Shown here one piece after another: positions 39,985 through 52,941 of a stretch of 64,000 bases of DNA (positions within the stretch are counted from its first letter, which is position 1; each line of letters begins with the position of its first letter). Below the pieces are notes generated by a model. It did no database searches and was not told where the DNA came from. It saw only the letters and a list, made by a program, of their open reading frames with translations. The position numbers and the translations under genes were made by a program. This DNA is from Podarcis liolepis. Taxonomy: Eukaryota. The DNA is taken from NCBI GenBank assembly GCA_965112155.1, contig OZ218099.1. One strand, written 5' to 3'.

Positions 39985-40409
39985 TATATGGTTTATGATG
40001 GAATCACTTCAAGTAATTAATACAAGACAGAAAGGGCCTGGCATGAAATGTTTAACAGCCACTGCTTTTTTAAATATCAGAATTAGGACAGGGAAGCGAG
40101 ATCAGTGTTATTCACGCAGAATGTACCTATTCCATATATTCCCTTTGTTTTCATTTTAATCAAAGCACTTGGATGAGTTTCAGCCCTACCTCATGCTAAC
40201 ACTGATGGAGAAGCTCGGGTCACACTTGGAGCTGTGGTATACAAACAGCTTACAATTTAAGGCAGGCTTCATGGGGTACCAATAGGACTGCACTGCACAT
40301 CTGGATCCAACTCTCTAATATTAGATGAGTGCATGCTGCAGCCCAGCAAAATCCCCATTATATTTTCCATTGATAATAAAAGGAATAGGGTGAGGTTGAA
40401 GCTCTTTAC

Positions 40410-40544
40410 CTTCACTGATGCCAACAACCGATTAAAAAAGCTGACAGCCAGAGCAAACGTTTCGGAGCAAAACTGGAAGAGCGAATTCGATTCCCTGATC
40501 CACAAAACAGCTTTCTCATAATAAAATGGAGATATGTCTGTGCC
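40410..40544 (-). CDS. CCNI2: CCNI2 coding exon 2 (GTDISPFYYEKAVLWIRESNSLFQFCSETFALAVSFFNRLLASVK)
   Basis: Acceptor ttttag, donor AAG|GTAAAG, 135 nt, cyclin box helices (ETFALA). Confidence 0.94.
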
Positions 40545-41178
40545 CTAAAATGGAATAATGGGGTTGGTTAAAACAAACACAATAATTTGGGATCTGCTGG
40601 AGTTTAAAGAACATAACTGAGAGCAAGGCTAGAAATATATTCCAGATTTTTTTAGGCACACATAACAGAGATTTTGCTCTAGCTTCTCATTGCTCACTGT
40701 AATCAGGATTTGTTATTAATGTCTAGATGGAAGAGTTTTTGTTAAAGACAGTCTCCTACCCACGTGTGAAAGGGTGGTTCACAGGTGCAACTACTGAACA
40801 TGAGAACAGAGCTCTTTGTTTTTACCCAGGCTCAGTCTTTTTACTTGTTTGGAAGGATTCTGTTGCTAAGTAAAAATAACTAAATGTATCCCAGACTACA
40901 AAATGCCCACCTGTATAATACAAAGTGCATGGTGGTAGACTGTATGGGTGCATATGATGGGACTGGTTCCCTACCCACTAGAGCAAACCAATTTATATTC
41001 ATTTTATATGAAAGAATTATAATCAATTTTGGAGGAACTCTTCTTTATCTTCCTACCCCACTCAAACTGACTAAATAAGGTTGCCAATCTAAGGAAATTA
41101 CTGGTCAAAGGTTGAAAAATGCATGCCATGTGGCTCTCCAACTTCATGAATCACAGTCCCTTTCTATGAAGAGCATAC

Positions 41179-41292
41179 CTTCAGTGTGAAACCATGGAAA
41201 ACTGGCACCTTCCAAGTCTCTGTCTCTCTTGCTAGAGCATGCTCCATTGCCAAGGCAAGTTTCTGGCTCTCCGGAGGTCCTGTGCACTTCAT
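41179..41292 (-). CDS. CCNI2: CCNI2 coding exon 1 (MKCTGPPESQKLALAMEHALARETETWKVPVFHGFTLK)
   Basis: ATG at 41292, in-frame TAG upstream at 41334-41332, donor AAG|GTATGC, upstream acceptor at 41336. Similar to the cyclin I N-terminus MKFPGPLENQRL. Confidence 0.9.
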
Positions 41293-44200
41293 AGCGGTTA
41301 CTGAATAGACCGGCTTCCTAGTGAGGAACCACTACCTTACAACCAGAAAACAAAATAGAACTATTACTATTATTTCTTACAGAACTACAGTCTAATGTGT
41401 AAATGGGTCTGCACATAGACTATATAAGTTGAGGCTCTAAAACCATTTTGCCATGTACCTGTACATTACAGGTATGTTTTGATGACCAAACTCTTGGCAG
41501 GCAGAAAATATTATCTAGACAGGTCACTATATCTACTAGACATGGTGACTAATAATTCTGGCTAGTTCTAACCTCAAATGCAATGTGTCATGATTAAGCA
41601 ACTGAACAGAAGGCTACTCTTTTGTTTATTGTTTTAATCACCTTCTGTTCTGGCTTCTTTTTTTAACCTTCTTTTTTCATGCATCCTGGATGAAGCCTAT
41701 CCTTGGTGGGGACCAAAGAATGTGATACACCCACTATAAGGAAGGCACTTTAAATTACTTCACATGAAACTATTTCCAGGTGTCAAGCTGTGTGCATTTA
41801 GCAGCTCACACTCCAAAATGGACCATTTCCTCTATGTGTCAACACAAAGCCTCTCCCACAAATAGGGGTGGTGACATGGAGAGAAGTGCTCTGTTCACAC
41901 AGGGAGCTGTGGCAGACAGAGAGCTCGCCATTTAAAGCAGCATTCATGGGGTACCAATCATAATGTCTACTGGCTCAGGCACACAGGGAAACACAGCCAA
42001 CTAATACCCTTTCCCCCCATTGCACGTGGAGAACTTCAAATCTCTTCTTTGGTTAGGGAGACCCACGACTTATGTATTCTACAATTTATATCTTGCACCT
42101 TCAACACTAGCATGATCCCAGAGCGGATTACAGAAATGTAATAAAAGCAGCAAATAAGGCAATACTTAAAACAGAAAAAGCATACAAAAACTAAAAGCGG
42201 ACTCATTTTGTGAGCCCTTGCCATAGAGGCAAAGACATTTGTTCTTAAAAAAACAAAAAAACAAAAAGCCCTGAGCAAACTAAATCTTTAGAGAATGGTT
42301 TTTAGGATTATGTATATGAAGCACTACAGAAAAAAATTAATTCTCATGGGTGTGAACAAAAAGTGCCTGTGAACTTGTGCTTCTCTATAACTTTGATTTC
42401 AGTGCATTTGTTTTTACATGTGCACACACATATAAACTGACATGCATTCCCATGGCCAACCACACCCCAGTCTTGCATGCCAATTTGAGAACTGGCCAGA
42501 ATGGTAAACATGGTTCAGTGCAAATGTCTGACATCTCAGAAAAGTGACATATCAGAATGAATGGCATGGTGCTAATCAAGATTGGACAATACATTTGAAT
42601 GACACATGTCTGGCACACACAAAATTATGGATGTACATTCAAACTTGCAAAGAACAAAAAAATGAAATGATGACAAAGGAGGCTAAGTGTACAAAATCAT
42701 GTTGGATGTCTCACTCAAAGTGATCTAGCAGCTGTCCTGAGTGGGTGAGAACTGACCTGCGGTAGTGTGTTTAATTATCTGATCAAGTCACATCTTCTGG
42801 GATTTTTCTCTCCTCCCCTTGTGAAATTCTAATGTATACACACACAGGGGGCACTTTTTCCTATTAAATTCTAAACCAACAAGATCCTTCACACAGCAGG
42901 GTAATGAGAGATCAGATGATGTCGCACATGTCAGGACTCCCTTCAAAACAACAGCTCTGCAACTTTTTGTCTAGACAGATGAAAATGGACAAACAAGCAG
43001 TGATTACGTCACACACAGAGTCACATGTCCTATGGTACCCTACCTGACCTTGCAAGTTCTGGATCAGGAGACAACAGAGACAAGGTATGTTTCCCCTTCC
43101 CTCGAAAGATAGAAGAAGCAAGGGCTGGTGAGGGTGTCCACAGGAGAAAGGCCTGTGGGCAGCTAAAGCAATGGAATGAAGCATTATGAATGGCACAGAC
43201 TCATATGAGAATGGACTGGAGTCCATTTGCACAACACTGCATTTACAGTGCCAGAGGATCCATGTGACTATTTGATTGAGGTGTGACTAGAAATTGTGTT
43301 AACTCATACAGAGGTTGTTGGGCTCCTGACCAGGTTTCTCAACAATGGAGAGCTTCCAGTTTTCCAGTTAGAACCCCTCTTCAGACCTTCATGCCAAATG
43401 CACTAAAGCAAGGGATGGAATGGGATAGGGTGGAGTTGCTCACATGCCCATCCCTTCAACCTCTACACAAATAATTGTGCAACAGGATTTTCTGCTTTCT
43501 CCTCATGTACCCCCAACTTTTTGGACAAGATTTGGGGACAGTGCATGGCACACATATGGGGCATGGAGGAATTACTACATTGCATATGTGGAAATCATAC
43601 TGCTTGCACAACCGTTTCGTTGACTGTCACCAAAATGAGTTCTAATAATTGTTAGGGCTTAAGCCCTGTTCATGTGAAAACAAACAACCCTGCATTTTTG
43701 CCCAAGAGGTATTTTATATGCATTTCTCTTCACTGGATTACATGCAGGCTCAAACTGTGGATGGAGCAGGGGCACAAATGCAATCACTAGTGTGGGGCAG
43801 GAATTTTTATAGTGCTTCATTCACTTTCTAAGCCACTCTAATTGGCATTGGAAAGTTTTCGGGGGGGGGTCCCTATAATCACAGGCAAGCCCCACCCCCA
43901 ACACCTCTGTATTCATGTATTTAGTGTGAACACCTGTAGTGAATTTGTAATCATGTTCATTTGAACACACTTATAAATCCTCCCACATCCTCCCAGTTGA
44001 GAGGTTCCAAGAGTTCAACAGAACATGCTTAGAAACCCTATTCAGACCTTCACACTGGGGACAAGGCTTGCATCGGCCCCCATTCACATTTTGAGCCCTT
44101 CAGTGTTCAGCTGAATGCCTGAACATGGCTTAAATTGCCAGGTTTTGTACTGCACCTCTCTCCTACTGTACAATCAGTCTCTGAATAGAAATCTGTGTTT

Positions 44201-45549
44201 CTGGAACACTGAGGTGCTGGGGTTAAACACACTGCATGAAACTGGACCCAAAATTAATAAACAAAGGACTAGCCCAATATCACAGGTCCAAGAAGTTGCA
44301 GGGAGCAGAGGTTGCAGGGAGCAGAGGTTGTTGCAGCTGTTGAAAAACATTGTTCAAATGCTGATGTATGCAGACTGCTACATAAAGTACAAAAAAGTCC
44401 ACAGTAGCTTCTACAGAATCCTAAATTTAGCAACAAATCAGAAGCACTCAAAGATTTGTTACCACCCTCAAATTTGTTACTCAAAAATTAGGTTAGAGCA
44501 AGGTTGTCCCAGCCTCCTCAGCTTGAAGAATTAATGGCTGCCCTTTTCGCCACTACATGTGGGGATGCACCGGGCATAATATCATGAAGTGGTTTGCTAA
44601 GCAGGCTATAAAAGTCTTGCAACTGATCCTAGATGCTAACAGATCATAAGCTGTGCCTAAGATCAGAAACCTCCAGGTGAGGAACCTTTTTCCTTCTTAA
44701 GGCTGCATTTCCTCATGAGCAACTTTTCAGGGTCTGCAGCCAGTTGTGGGCAAGGCCAAAGGCAAAGGTGTATGCGGTCTGAGGTGAAAGTTGGGTGGAG
44801 CAATACTATTACATTTTTATAGTAGTCTACCTTTCAGCCATGCAAAGTCTGATGTTCCTACATGCATATCTCTGCATCCAAGCAAGGAGCTCAAGGATAC
44901 AGTCCAGCCAACAAAAAGCATGTGAGGGAAGAGTGAAAAAATGACAGTGAGGGGTGTGGCCTGGGAAGAGGAGGTGTGGCTGTCCCTTTAAGTAACCACA
45001 GCTAAATTTGACCAGGAAAATAACACAATTGAAAACCCTCTTCCCTCACCAAGAGAGGCTCCCCTGACACCTTCTTTTATGTTGTTTGCATAATAGGAAA
45101 AAAAAACTTTTAAAATAACTTCCCCAAACTTTCTAATCCCCTGCAAAATTATTTTAATGCTGTTTTGTGTTTTGTTTTGCCAACCAATTTTATGCCGCTG
45201 TTTTCGATGGTGATCCTAGATTTATTGTAACCTTAATTTCATTTAAGCTGGTGGGTGACTTCGTTGAAGGGTAAGGAATGAATATCCTCAAGAGATAATC
45301 CCATCTGAGTGCGCCACTGCAAAAAGTTTGCACTTCTCATAACTTAGAAGCCTTTGTTTACAAACGCGGATGCGTTTCCTAAGTAAAAGGAAGGCCACAA
45401 ACTGTGGTTCTCCTCCATGTAGCACTGACATCGGGCACATCCTGTCTAAAACCTCAAAAAAAACCCCAGCCTTATACAACAGGGAGAGAAGAGACAGGAA
45501 AACAAAAAAGGCAGGAAAACAGACGGCTGATAACCACACGACTGGCCTC

Positions 45550-46450
45550 CTTCCGTTTTCACGGAAGGAAACAAAACAGACGACGCTCGGATCACATGAC
45601 TGGCTGGCACTTTAAAACAAAACACACACAAAAGTGCCCAGCTTTTGGAAAGCAAAACTCCAGGCGAACTAAAGTCAAGGGAAGAGATAGACATGGCTAG
45701 AGGCGCCTACCAGAGTGCCAGCCCCAGATCGGGACTTGGGAGGGGGGGCACATCTGTCGGTCTCCAGAGAACGAGCCTCTTCCTTCCCCTCCCTTCTGGT
45801 CCGATGGGCTCTTACCTCTCTGCCCGGGGCTCTGCCCTTGGCGCTGGGGGCGCTCCTCTCATGCTGTTCGGCTCCGCGTCGCAAGCAAAGGCTCGATCCG
45901 ATGGGAAGAGGAGGAGGACGAGACGCCTCCTCCTCCGATCATAGTTGCGGTTGGTGAAGTTAATGGGCCCTGCTAAGTTCCAGAAGTCCGGGTGGAAGGA
46001 GCAGCGTCCTCCTGCTTCTAAACCCAGGGTGGAAAATAATAATACAATAATAATAAAGTAGCTTTAAAATATATTTGTTGGCTCGCCGATGCGCCGTTTG
46101 CAAGGTTCCCCTCTCCGAAAGCGCAACAAAACGGCTGGGAGAGTCCTTTCTTTGTGGGCGGATTCAAACCGCGGCAGGCTCCGCCTCTGGGCTTGGGGGT
46201 TGCTCACAGCGACAGCGCCTTTCCCCCGGATGGGTCTTGTGGGGGGTGGATGGGGCGAACTGGCTCAGGACGTGACGCCGTGCATGAACCTCCAAGGTGG
46301 GGGCGGGTGGGGATCACTGGGCCAGGCGGATTCAACCCGCGTGCGCCTCCTGGCTGACTCTGGAGCAGGATCACCAGCAACAGCAGAGCGTCGATTCCTC
46401 TGCTGCCCCAGCCTCCTGGGGGATCGCTGGCCCGCCTCCAACAGTAACAA
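45550..46450. promoter_or_regulatory. CpG island, probable CCNI2 promoter
   Basis: Marked CpG/GC enrichment, GGGCGG boxes, TGACG half-CRE near 46273. Confidence 0.7.
45816..46300 (-). other. CCNI2: Probable non-coding first exon (5'UTR) of CCNI2; 5' end approximate
   Basis: Strong minus-strand donor GAG|GTAAGA at 45816/45815 inside a CpG island. The ATG exon has an acceptor that needs an upstream exon. Confidence 0.55.
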
Positions 46451-48049
46451 TATGGCCTTTGTTTGGACTGTTCTTGGAAGAGAAAACTCCCAGTGATCTC
46501 TCCTCTAGGAAAAAGGGGGGAAAGGCAAGCAGTCTGGCAAATTCTTCTCCCTCTCTCATGAGACTAGAACTCAGGGCTAAGCAAAAGGACCATGAACAAA
46601 AGTACTTCTTTACAGAGGGAATTTGTTCCCCACAAAATCCACCAACTTGGAGGATTTTAAAAGAAGATAAGTTCATGGAGGGCAATGGCGATGTTCTACC
46701 TCCCCTGGTGGAGGCAGAGTGCCTCTGGAACCTCAAGAGGGGAAAGCACTCTTGTCCTTGGGTCCTTATTGCAGGCTTCTCTGGGGCATCTGGGCTGGCC
46801 AGTGTGAGAACAGGATGCTGGACGAGATGGACCTTCGGCCGGATTTAGCAGGACACTTCCTAGCTTCTTAAGCAAATCGCTATGAAAATTCATCGGAATG
46901 GCATACTTGCCCAAGCCCAAGACTGAGTTCTTATTCATACTGCAATTCTGGTGGCAAGATAGGAATCCTTTCTATAGGCAAAGCAATTAAATGTATAGTG
47001 TAGATGGGATCTACTATTGTGTCAATAACAAAAAAGTTTATACTTTTTTGGGGGGGGTGTCCCCAAAGTCTTCCCAGAAAAATAATCAAATCATATATAA
47101 AGAAAATGCAAATCTTGAGGAAAATTTGGTAGATTTCGGTTTAAAGGGTGAGAGATAACGTAGTTTTACAGTAGTAATCATCTTATTAGCTAAAATAACT
47201 TAAGTGCATAAGCAGAGTGCTGCTGAATTGGACCAAATGCCTATTAAGTCCAACATTCTGTTCTGACAATGGCCAATCTTGGGAAGCCCCAAGCAGAACA
47301 TGAGTGCAGAACATCTAGTGTAGACCACTAGGAGTCTTAAAGAGGTAGCTGGTGTTTGTTCGACATAATCAGGTCTCACCAAATTCCAGAATACTTTCAT
47401 TTGGTGATTAACTTGTCCATAAACAAATGGCCCCACATATTGCCAAGGTATTTCTGCTGGAAGTATGTTCTTCGAGCATGTGAAGATTCTTGTACCAAAC
47501 GCAAATAACAAGATGGGGCATGAGACCTGCATGAAGAATCTTTGTTAGGCAATTTGTGAATTTGTCAAGTAGCACTCTACCTGGATCCATAGCAATGGGT
47601 TGCAGCGCTTAAGGCCATCACATATGCAAGAACATTCTCATTTTCCCACACACGCTCCAACAGTGGCACTCAGTAGAAAGCCCTGAAATGGAGCATATGG
47701 TCCACATATTGATGTTCGTGCTTGGTTGGTACGTTTATGAACATTTATTTTATATATATAAGACCTTAAACTTTTTATTACAGTTCTCACAAGTTATGTG
47801 GCAATGGGTGCAACTTTCACTGACGTCATGCATTTAGCATGTTGTGCGCAACCAAGATCCACTGTTCAAACTCTGGGAGTGTGAAACCTGGGTGAGGGTG
47901 TGAGTTTTGGAAGGCAATTGTTGTAGGCAGCAGATTACACATACACACACAAAAGGAAAAGGGTTTCCTCTCAGTGGTAGCAGGACACGCATTGCAAGAA
48001 GGTTCAGTCACAGGCATCTCCAGGTAGGGCTGTGAAAGACCCTGGAGAG

Positions 48050-48975
48050 CTGCCCACCTGTGCAACAGACGGTTCCGAGTTACACGGTGCCTACAAGCCC
48101 TACGTGGCTTCAAATCAAGCGGCACAGAACACCTGCCCGCCATTTGACGCGATGGACGTTGCTCAAATACTCGCCTCCCCCGAAAGTTTTTGCTCCAACT
48201 GCTTTGGACACCATCCGGAGCTGGCGGAGCACATTGCAACGAAGGCAGTAGAATGCCTCTCCTCAGCACTCGAGCGCACTTTCGGCGGCTTCCATAGCTC
48301 AGCTGCTCGCGGACTGCCAGCTTGAATGATTGAGACCCAACAACGTGACCCGAGCGCACCCACACATTCTCCTCCCCGACGCCCCTCTTCCTCCTGGTCT
48401 CCCGCGTACTGCGCCGCCGCTCTGCCTTCCTTTCCTCCCATTGGCCGCATTCCCACTCCAATAGCCGCCGGGCGCCGGAGCGGCCGCTTTCTTATTGGCT
48501 GACAGGCCTCTGCATGACGCAGACTGAGGACCGGAGGCGGGGAGGAGCGGAGAAGGGTGGGCTGCTCCCGCTGTCATCCCGAGTCGGCGCAGGCGCACTG
48601 GGGCCGGCTATTGTGTTAACCATTATTGTAGCGAAGCGGACGGGCTGCTGCCGGCCTCCTGTTCCCTCAACGCCCCGCAGTCCCGGGCCGGAGCCCCTCC
48701 AGCTCCGCTGAGTCCAGCGCAGGCAGGCAGGCAGGCAGGCAAGATGCCGGTGAGAGACCGCGCTTCCCCTCCCCGGCGCCTCGTCCCCTTCCCCGCCCTC
48801 CCTGCTTCCCTGCGCGCTGCGGGTCCGTTGCTAGGGGCGGCGCTGGCGGAGAGCGAGGCTGGGCGCCGGCGGGTGAAGGGCCGGGAGGGCGGCGGGCTGC
48901 AGGGCTTCTGCGGGGGGCGGGCGGTTCTGCAGGCTTATGGGCCGGGGGGCGGCGGCTTCGCATGCATTAAACGCG
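48050..48975. promoter_or_regulatory. CpG island, KIF3A promoter and first exon
   Basis: Dense CpG. CCAAT boxes at 48440-48444, 48458-48462 and 48494-48498; TGACGCA at 48515-48521; NRF1-like GCGCAGGCGCA at 48587-48597. Contains the KIF3A ATG. Confidence 0.85.
48744..48749 (+). CDS. KIF3A: KIF3A exon 1 coding part (MP)
   Basis: AAGATGCCG|GTGAGA in the CpG island. Joins INKSEK to give the known MPINKSEK start. Confidence 0.9.
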
Positions 48976-49205
48976 TTGCTGCTGCTGCTGTTAATAATGT
49001 CTACCTTACAGGAGTAAATAACATCTACCTCACCTATGCTGTTAATATCTATCTGCCTTATGTATAATATCTACCTTACAGCGTTTTTTTTTTAAAAAAA
49101 GAAAAAGCCACCTACAGAACCGATTGGAAAATTCGCAGTAAAAGCATGTGGGTTGTTGTGAATATTATATATGTATGTGTGTCTGTGTATACATGTATAC
49201 ATATA

Positions 49206-49369
49206 CAGTGCTTTATTTCTGGGGGGACGCATACCCCTAAACATTTTGGGAATCTTTGTACTTTTGTCCATTTACTGTATTTATTTTTCCCAGTGTGAAC
49301 GATGAAATGGGGATTTTCTTGAATCAAAATGAGAGTACCCCTAAACATTTTTTAAGAAAAAAAGCACTG
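49206..49369. mobile_element. Short MITE
   Basis: CAGTGCTTTATTTCT...AGAAAAAAAGCACTG TIRs; duplicated TACCCCTAAACATTTT. Confidence 0.7.
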
Positions 49370-51199
49370 TATAGACACACACACACACATATATACAGTA
49401 TATATATCACCGTGGGAGATGACTTAGGTGCTGCTAACACAGCCGTTTGACTTCACATCATTGATGTCTCTCAAGACAGATGAATGCCAACCATGTATGT
49501 ATGTATGTATACTGGTTATTGGGCCTGGGCCCTGAAGGCAGCTCTCAAAAGTGAGATCCCTGCAGTATGAAGCCAATTGAAAATCCAGAATGAAATCATC
49601 GTGCGATTACTTGTTGTGCTGCTGTGGATGGTTGTACCTCACTGAGCAGGGCCTTCCCTGAAGGCAGTTTTCAAAACAAGGTTTTTGAGGATTGTGGCCA
49701 TGTTTAAATATGCGATAAAATCATGTGATTATTTGTTGTGATGTTGTGGGCATATGCCATACTGGGTAGGGACCCTTGAAAGGTAGCTTTCAAAATGAAA
49801 TCCACAATAAAATTGTGTGATTTTATATGGTGATCACAGTCAATGCCTTCATCCTTAAGGCAGAGCAAGTTTTGGTATTTACTACTGTGTGCATTGGTGA
49901 CTGTTATCCTGTGTTGAATTAAGCCCTGACTCAGTTTTGTATGTTGGGGATGTCTGTGGAATAAGTATTTCCTGGGAAATATGATTGCAAAAATAAAAGT
50001 AAAATATATTTAAAAGATGATCCCAGAAATCAAATTTAGCTGTAAAGGTCATTGAAATCTCCTCAGGTTAACTTAGTATGGCTTATGTTAATTTTGCTTG
50101 CATTAGAATATCATGCCTTATACCTATATCGGTACTGTGAACTTTCACCGAAGCTGTTCATTTGCTTTTTTTGAAGCAAAACCAACATTTTTTCCTGTTG
50201 TTACAGATGTCACAATGTATGTGTAGTTGAGTCAGAGCCTTTTAATGCATTCTGTTGTGTCTAAGTAAAAGCCTTCTGATGTGTTTGTGATTTCCTTGCT
50301 GTGAAGTCGTATGCATCCTCTGTAAAGCTGTAGCAACTTTATTAAATGTGTCTGCTGTTCTACAGCAAGACTTCCTAGGCAATTTAGCGTGAAAGTCTAG
50401 ACATCAGAGTTGTCTCAAAATTGGTTAAACTGTGGCTCTCCAGGTGTTGCTGGCTTTTAATCCCCCATCATCCAATGGGGGTTATCGCCATCCTAACAAT
50501 GGTGACTGGATTTGATGTGAATTGTATTTAGCAACATTTGGGTGGAGTGTGGGTTTCGACTGCTGATAAGTAGGAGTGGTCAAAGGGTTTATGAATGCAC
50601 ACACATACAGGGGATTTTGCAGGACCCTCCCAGATGGCACCCACCAAAGTGGATGCAAGCACATAGGTAAATATTAAGGAGCAGATGAAAAACCTTGCCA
50701 AAAGCTGCTATTGCTTTTCATAGAAGAACCATTTGCCTATGCCTTTGCTCAGATTTATGATTCTGAGATATGTAATATAGAGAACCAGGCCTTTGGCTGG
50801 TTGACATCTGATGCCCTTCTGAAGGGGGGATTATTGGATTGTCTTTGTTTTTATTATGTATTTTGTGTTTTTTATACTGTAATTTTTTGTTGTGAGCCAC
50901 CTGAGATCTACAGGTGTAGGGTGGTATACAATTAATAATAATTTAAACAATACATCTTGGCGGAGGATGACATGGAGGCTAAGGCTTCAGTCTTAACTCC
51001 ACTTACCTGGGAGTAAACTCTATTGAATCAATAGGACTGACTTCTAAGTAGATATGGTTAGGATTGTACTGCTGGTGCTTAAATTGCCCATATACTGTAC
51101 CACCTTGTGTAAATTCATCTCTTAGCCTGCAACACTCCTTTCAATTCTAAAATTCTAGCTAGTCCAGCCACTAAGCTTGCTGCAAGAAATCCAGAACTA

Positions 51200-51830
51200 G
51201 ATCATCCCCTACAAGTTGCTGTTCAGCCTCTTGCTTGAAAAGGCAAGCAAGCAAGCAAGCAAGCAAGCAAGACCCCAACCCTATTCTGGGTAATTGGTGC
51301 TACAGTAATGTCAAATTGCTCAAGCTGTTCTGCTAGTGTTCAACTATAAGCCCATTTGAGCTAGTGCCTGTGGCAGCAGATAACAATCTTTGCCCTCTTC
51401 TATGTGATAGCCGTTCAGTTTTTTGAAGAGTATATAGTCCCCATCAGTTTTTCTTTTCTTTTCCAGGCTAAATATACCCAGTTCCTTCAGTCTTTCCTCA
51501 TAAGACTGTCTTTGTTGTTCAGTTTTTCTTCCTGACCATCTTTGTTGCCTTGCTTTGAACCCATATTTCAGTTTGTACCCTTCTTTAAGCGTGGCACCCA
51601 GAACTGGACATGGTACAGTATTCCAAATGAAGTTGGACCAATTAATGGAGTTTAAAATCAGATTTGCCTTGTTTGCAGCTGCATCACACTACTGACTCAT
51701 GTTCAGTTTGTAACCAGCTATAATCCTGAGATCATTTCACCTGAACTGCTGCCAGCGCAAATATCTTTAATCCAAGACCTGCATATTCGATTTTTTAATT
51801 TTCTTTTCACTTTTGCATAAATGCAGAACT
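51200..51830 (-). mobile_element. Old CR1 LINE fragment
   Basis: CCAGGCTAAATATACCCAGTTCCTTCAG, CCCAGAACTGGACA and TGACTCATGTTCAG motifs typical of antisense CR1 ORF2. Confidence 0.7.
51243..51271. repeat. (GCAA)n microsatellite
   Basis: Direct reading. Confidence 0.9.
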
Positions 51831-52941
51831 TCACAGTTTTATTTTGTTAGCTTTTTTGTTTTAAATTGTTTTGTTTATAAACATGTATATCAAAGAATAT
51901 TGATATTGACAATGTTCTTTCAGTGCATGGTATTTATAATATGGTTCACATAGAAAAAAACATCTCAGTGTAAATCTTTTACTTGGCAAATGTAACACAT
52001 TTAAATATGGTGTAAACCCTTTTGATATTTGGGGATTTTACAAAAAAATCTGCAATGCAGTTTGACTTACTTTTGAAACATGTATGCTGCAATCCAAAGA
52101 GATAATGGTGCGCCAATATTCTGGCGTCACCCTCTTTTTTTGGTCTGTTGATGTTCTCTTTCATTTGGAGAATCTGGGGAAGCATCTTTGAACTCAGGGA
52201 AGTTTGGGAAAGGGCCTATAGTCCCTCTCACCATGGCAAGTACAATAAGTTCCAGTCTTCCCCCTAACTTAGCTGGAAATGATCCCTAACGTTGTGCTTT
52301 GAAGGTGCTTGGAAGTCTTTGGAGATACAGTGCAAGTGCACAACAATTGTGGGGATGATGATCCTCTGCCTCAATTCCAAGGTTGGGACAAAGGTTCAGA
52401 CCCTCATCTTGGAGCACTGAAACAAGCCCCAGACCAGGAGAGGGATGAATAATTCTTCCAGTGGCACAGGGTACCTCTTAATCTGCTGGGTAAATGCAGA
52501 GGTAATCCCTGCTCCCTCCCCTGCTTTTTTTAAAAAAAATCTTATATCTAGAGAATACAAGTCTACATGCATCTGAAACAAGCATCTGCAATAAATTTAA
52601 GCAAAGGTCGATTTTTCAGTTTCTTGTGGACCTTTCTCCAAGCTTAGAGCTGATACGGGAAGTATGGGAGAGCCTTTGAAGGTGTGGTGAAGTTAGGGTC
52701 AAGTCCTTTCCTCACAACCACTTTGGGTACGGGGCACAGGCAACCATAAATTTTGAGCAGGTACCAAGGCACACAAAAAAGTTGAAGGGCCTTGAATTTG
52801 AGGGTTCAGTGTAACAGTATGCTGTTTCTCTGCCGTCAGAAGTAGTTGTTATCTAGTAGGTAGTGATTACAGATCACTTCTTTGCTTTACAGCTTTGTTT
52901 CTTTCATGAATTGTAATTGGTTATTTTCTTTCTTTATGTAG

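Larger units (their letters stand above)
33022..41292 (-). other. CCNI2: Cyclin I family member 2 coding span, 6 coding exons, 367 aa
   Basis: Six phase-0 exons splice into an intact cyclin-I-type ORF. Its position between SEPTIN8 and KIF3A identifies it as CCNI2 rather than CCNI. Confidence 0.92.

Noticed and set aside
46297-46848. 183-aa plus ORF
   Set aside because: CpG-island edge, no homology recognised, no splice context.
47826-48461. 211-aa minus ORF and overlapping 97-aa plus ORF (48032-48325)
   Set aside because: They lie in the KIF3A CpG island, where stops are scarce. No recognisable domain, non-ATG starts, and partial overlap with a SINE-like fragment near 48000-48045.
48827-48840. 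RFX X-box for the ciliary gene KIF3A (GTTGCTAGGGGCGG)
   Set aside because: Only the left half-site fits the consensus; too weak to call.
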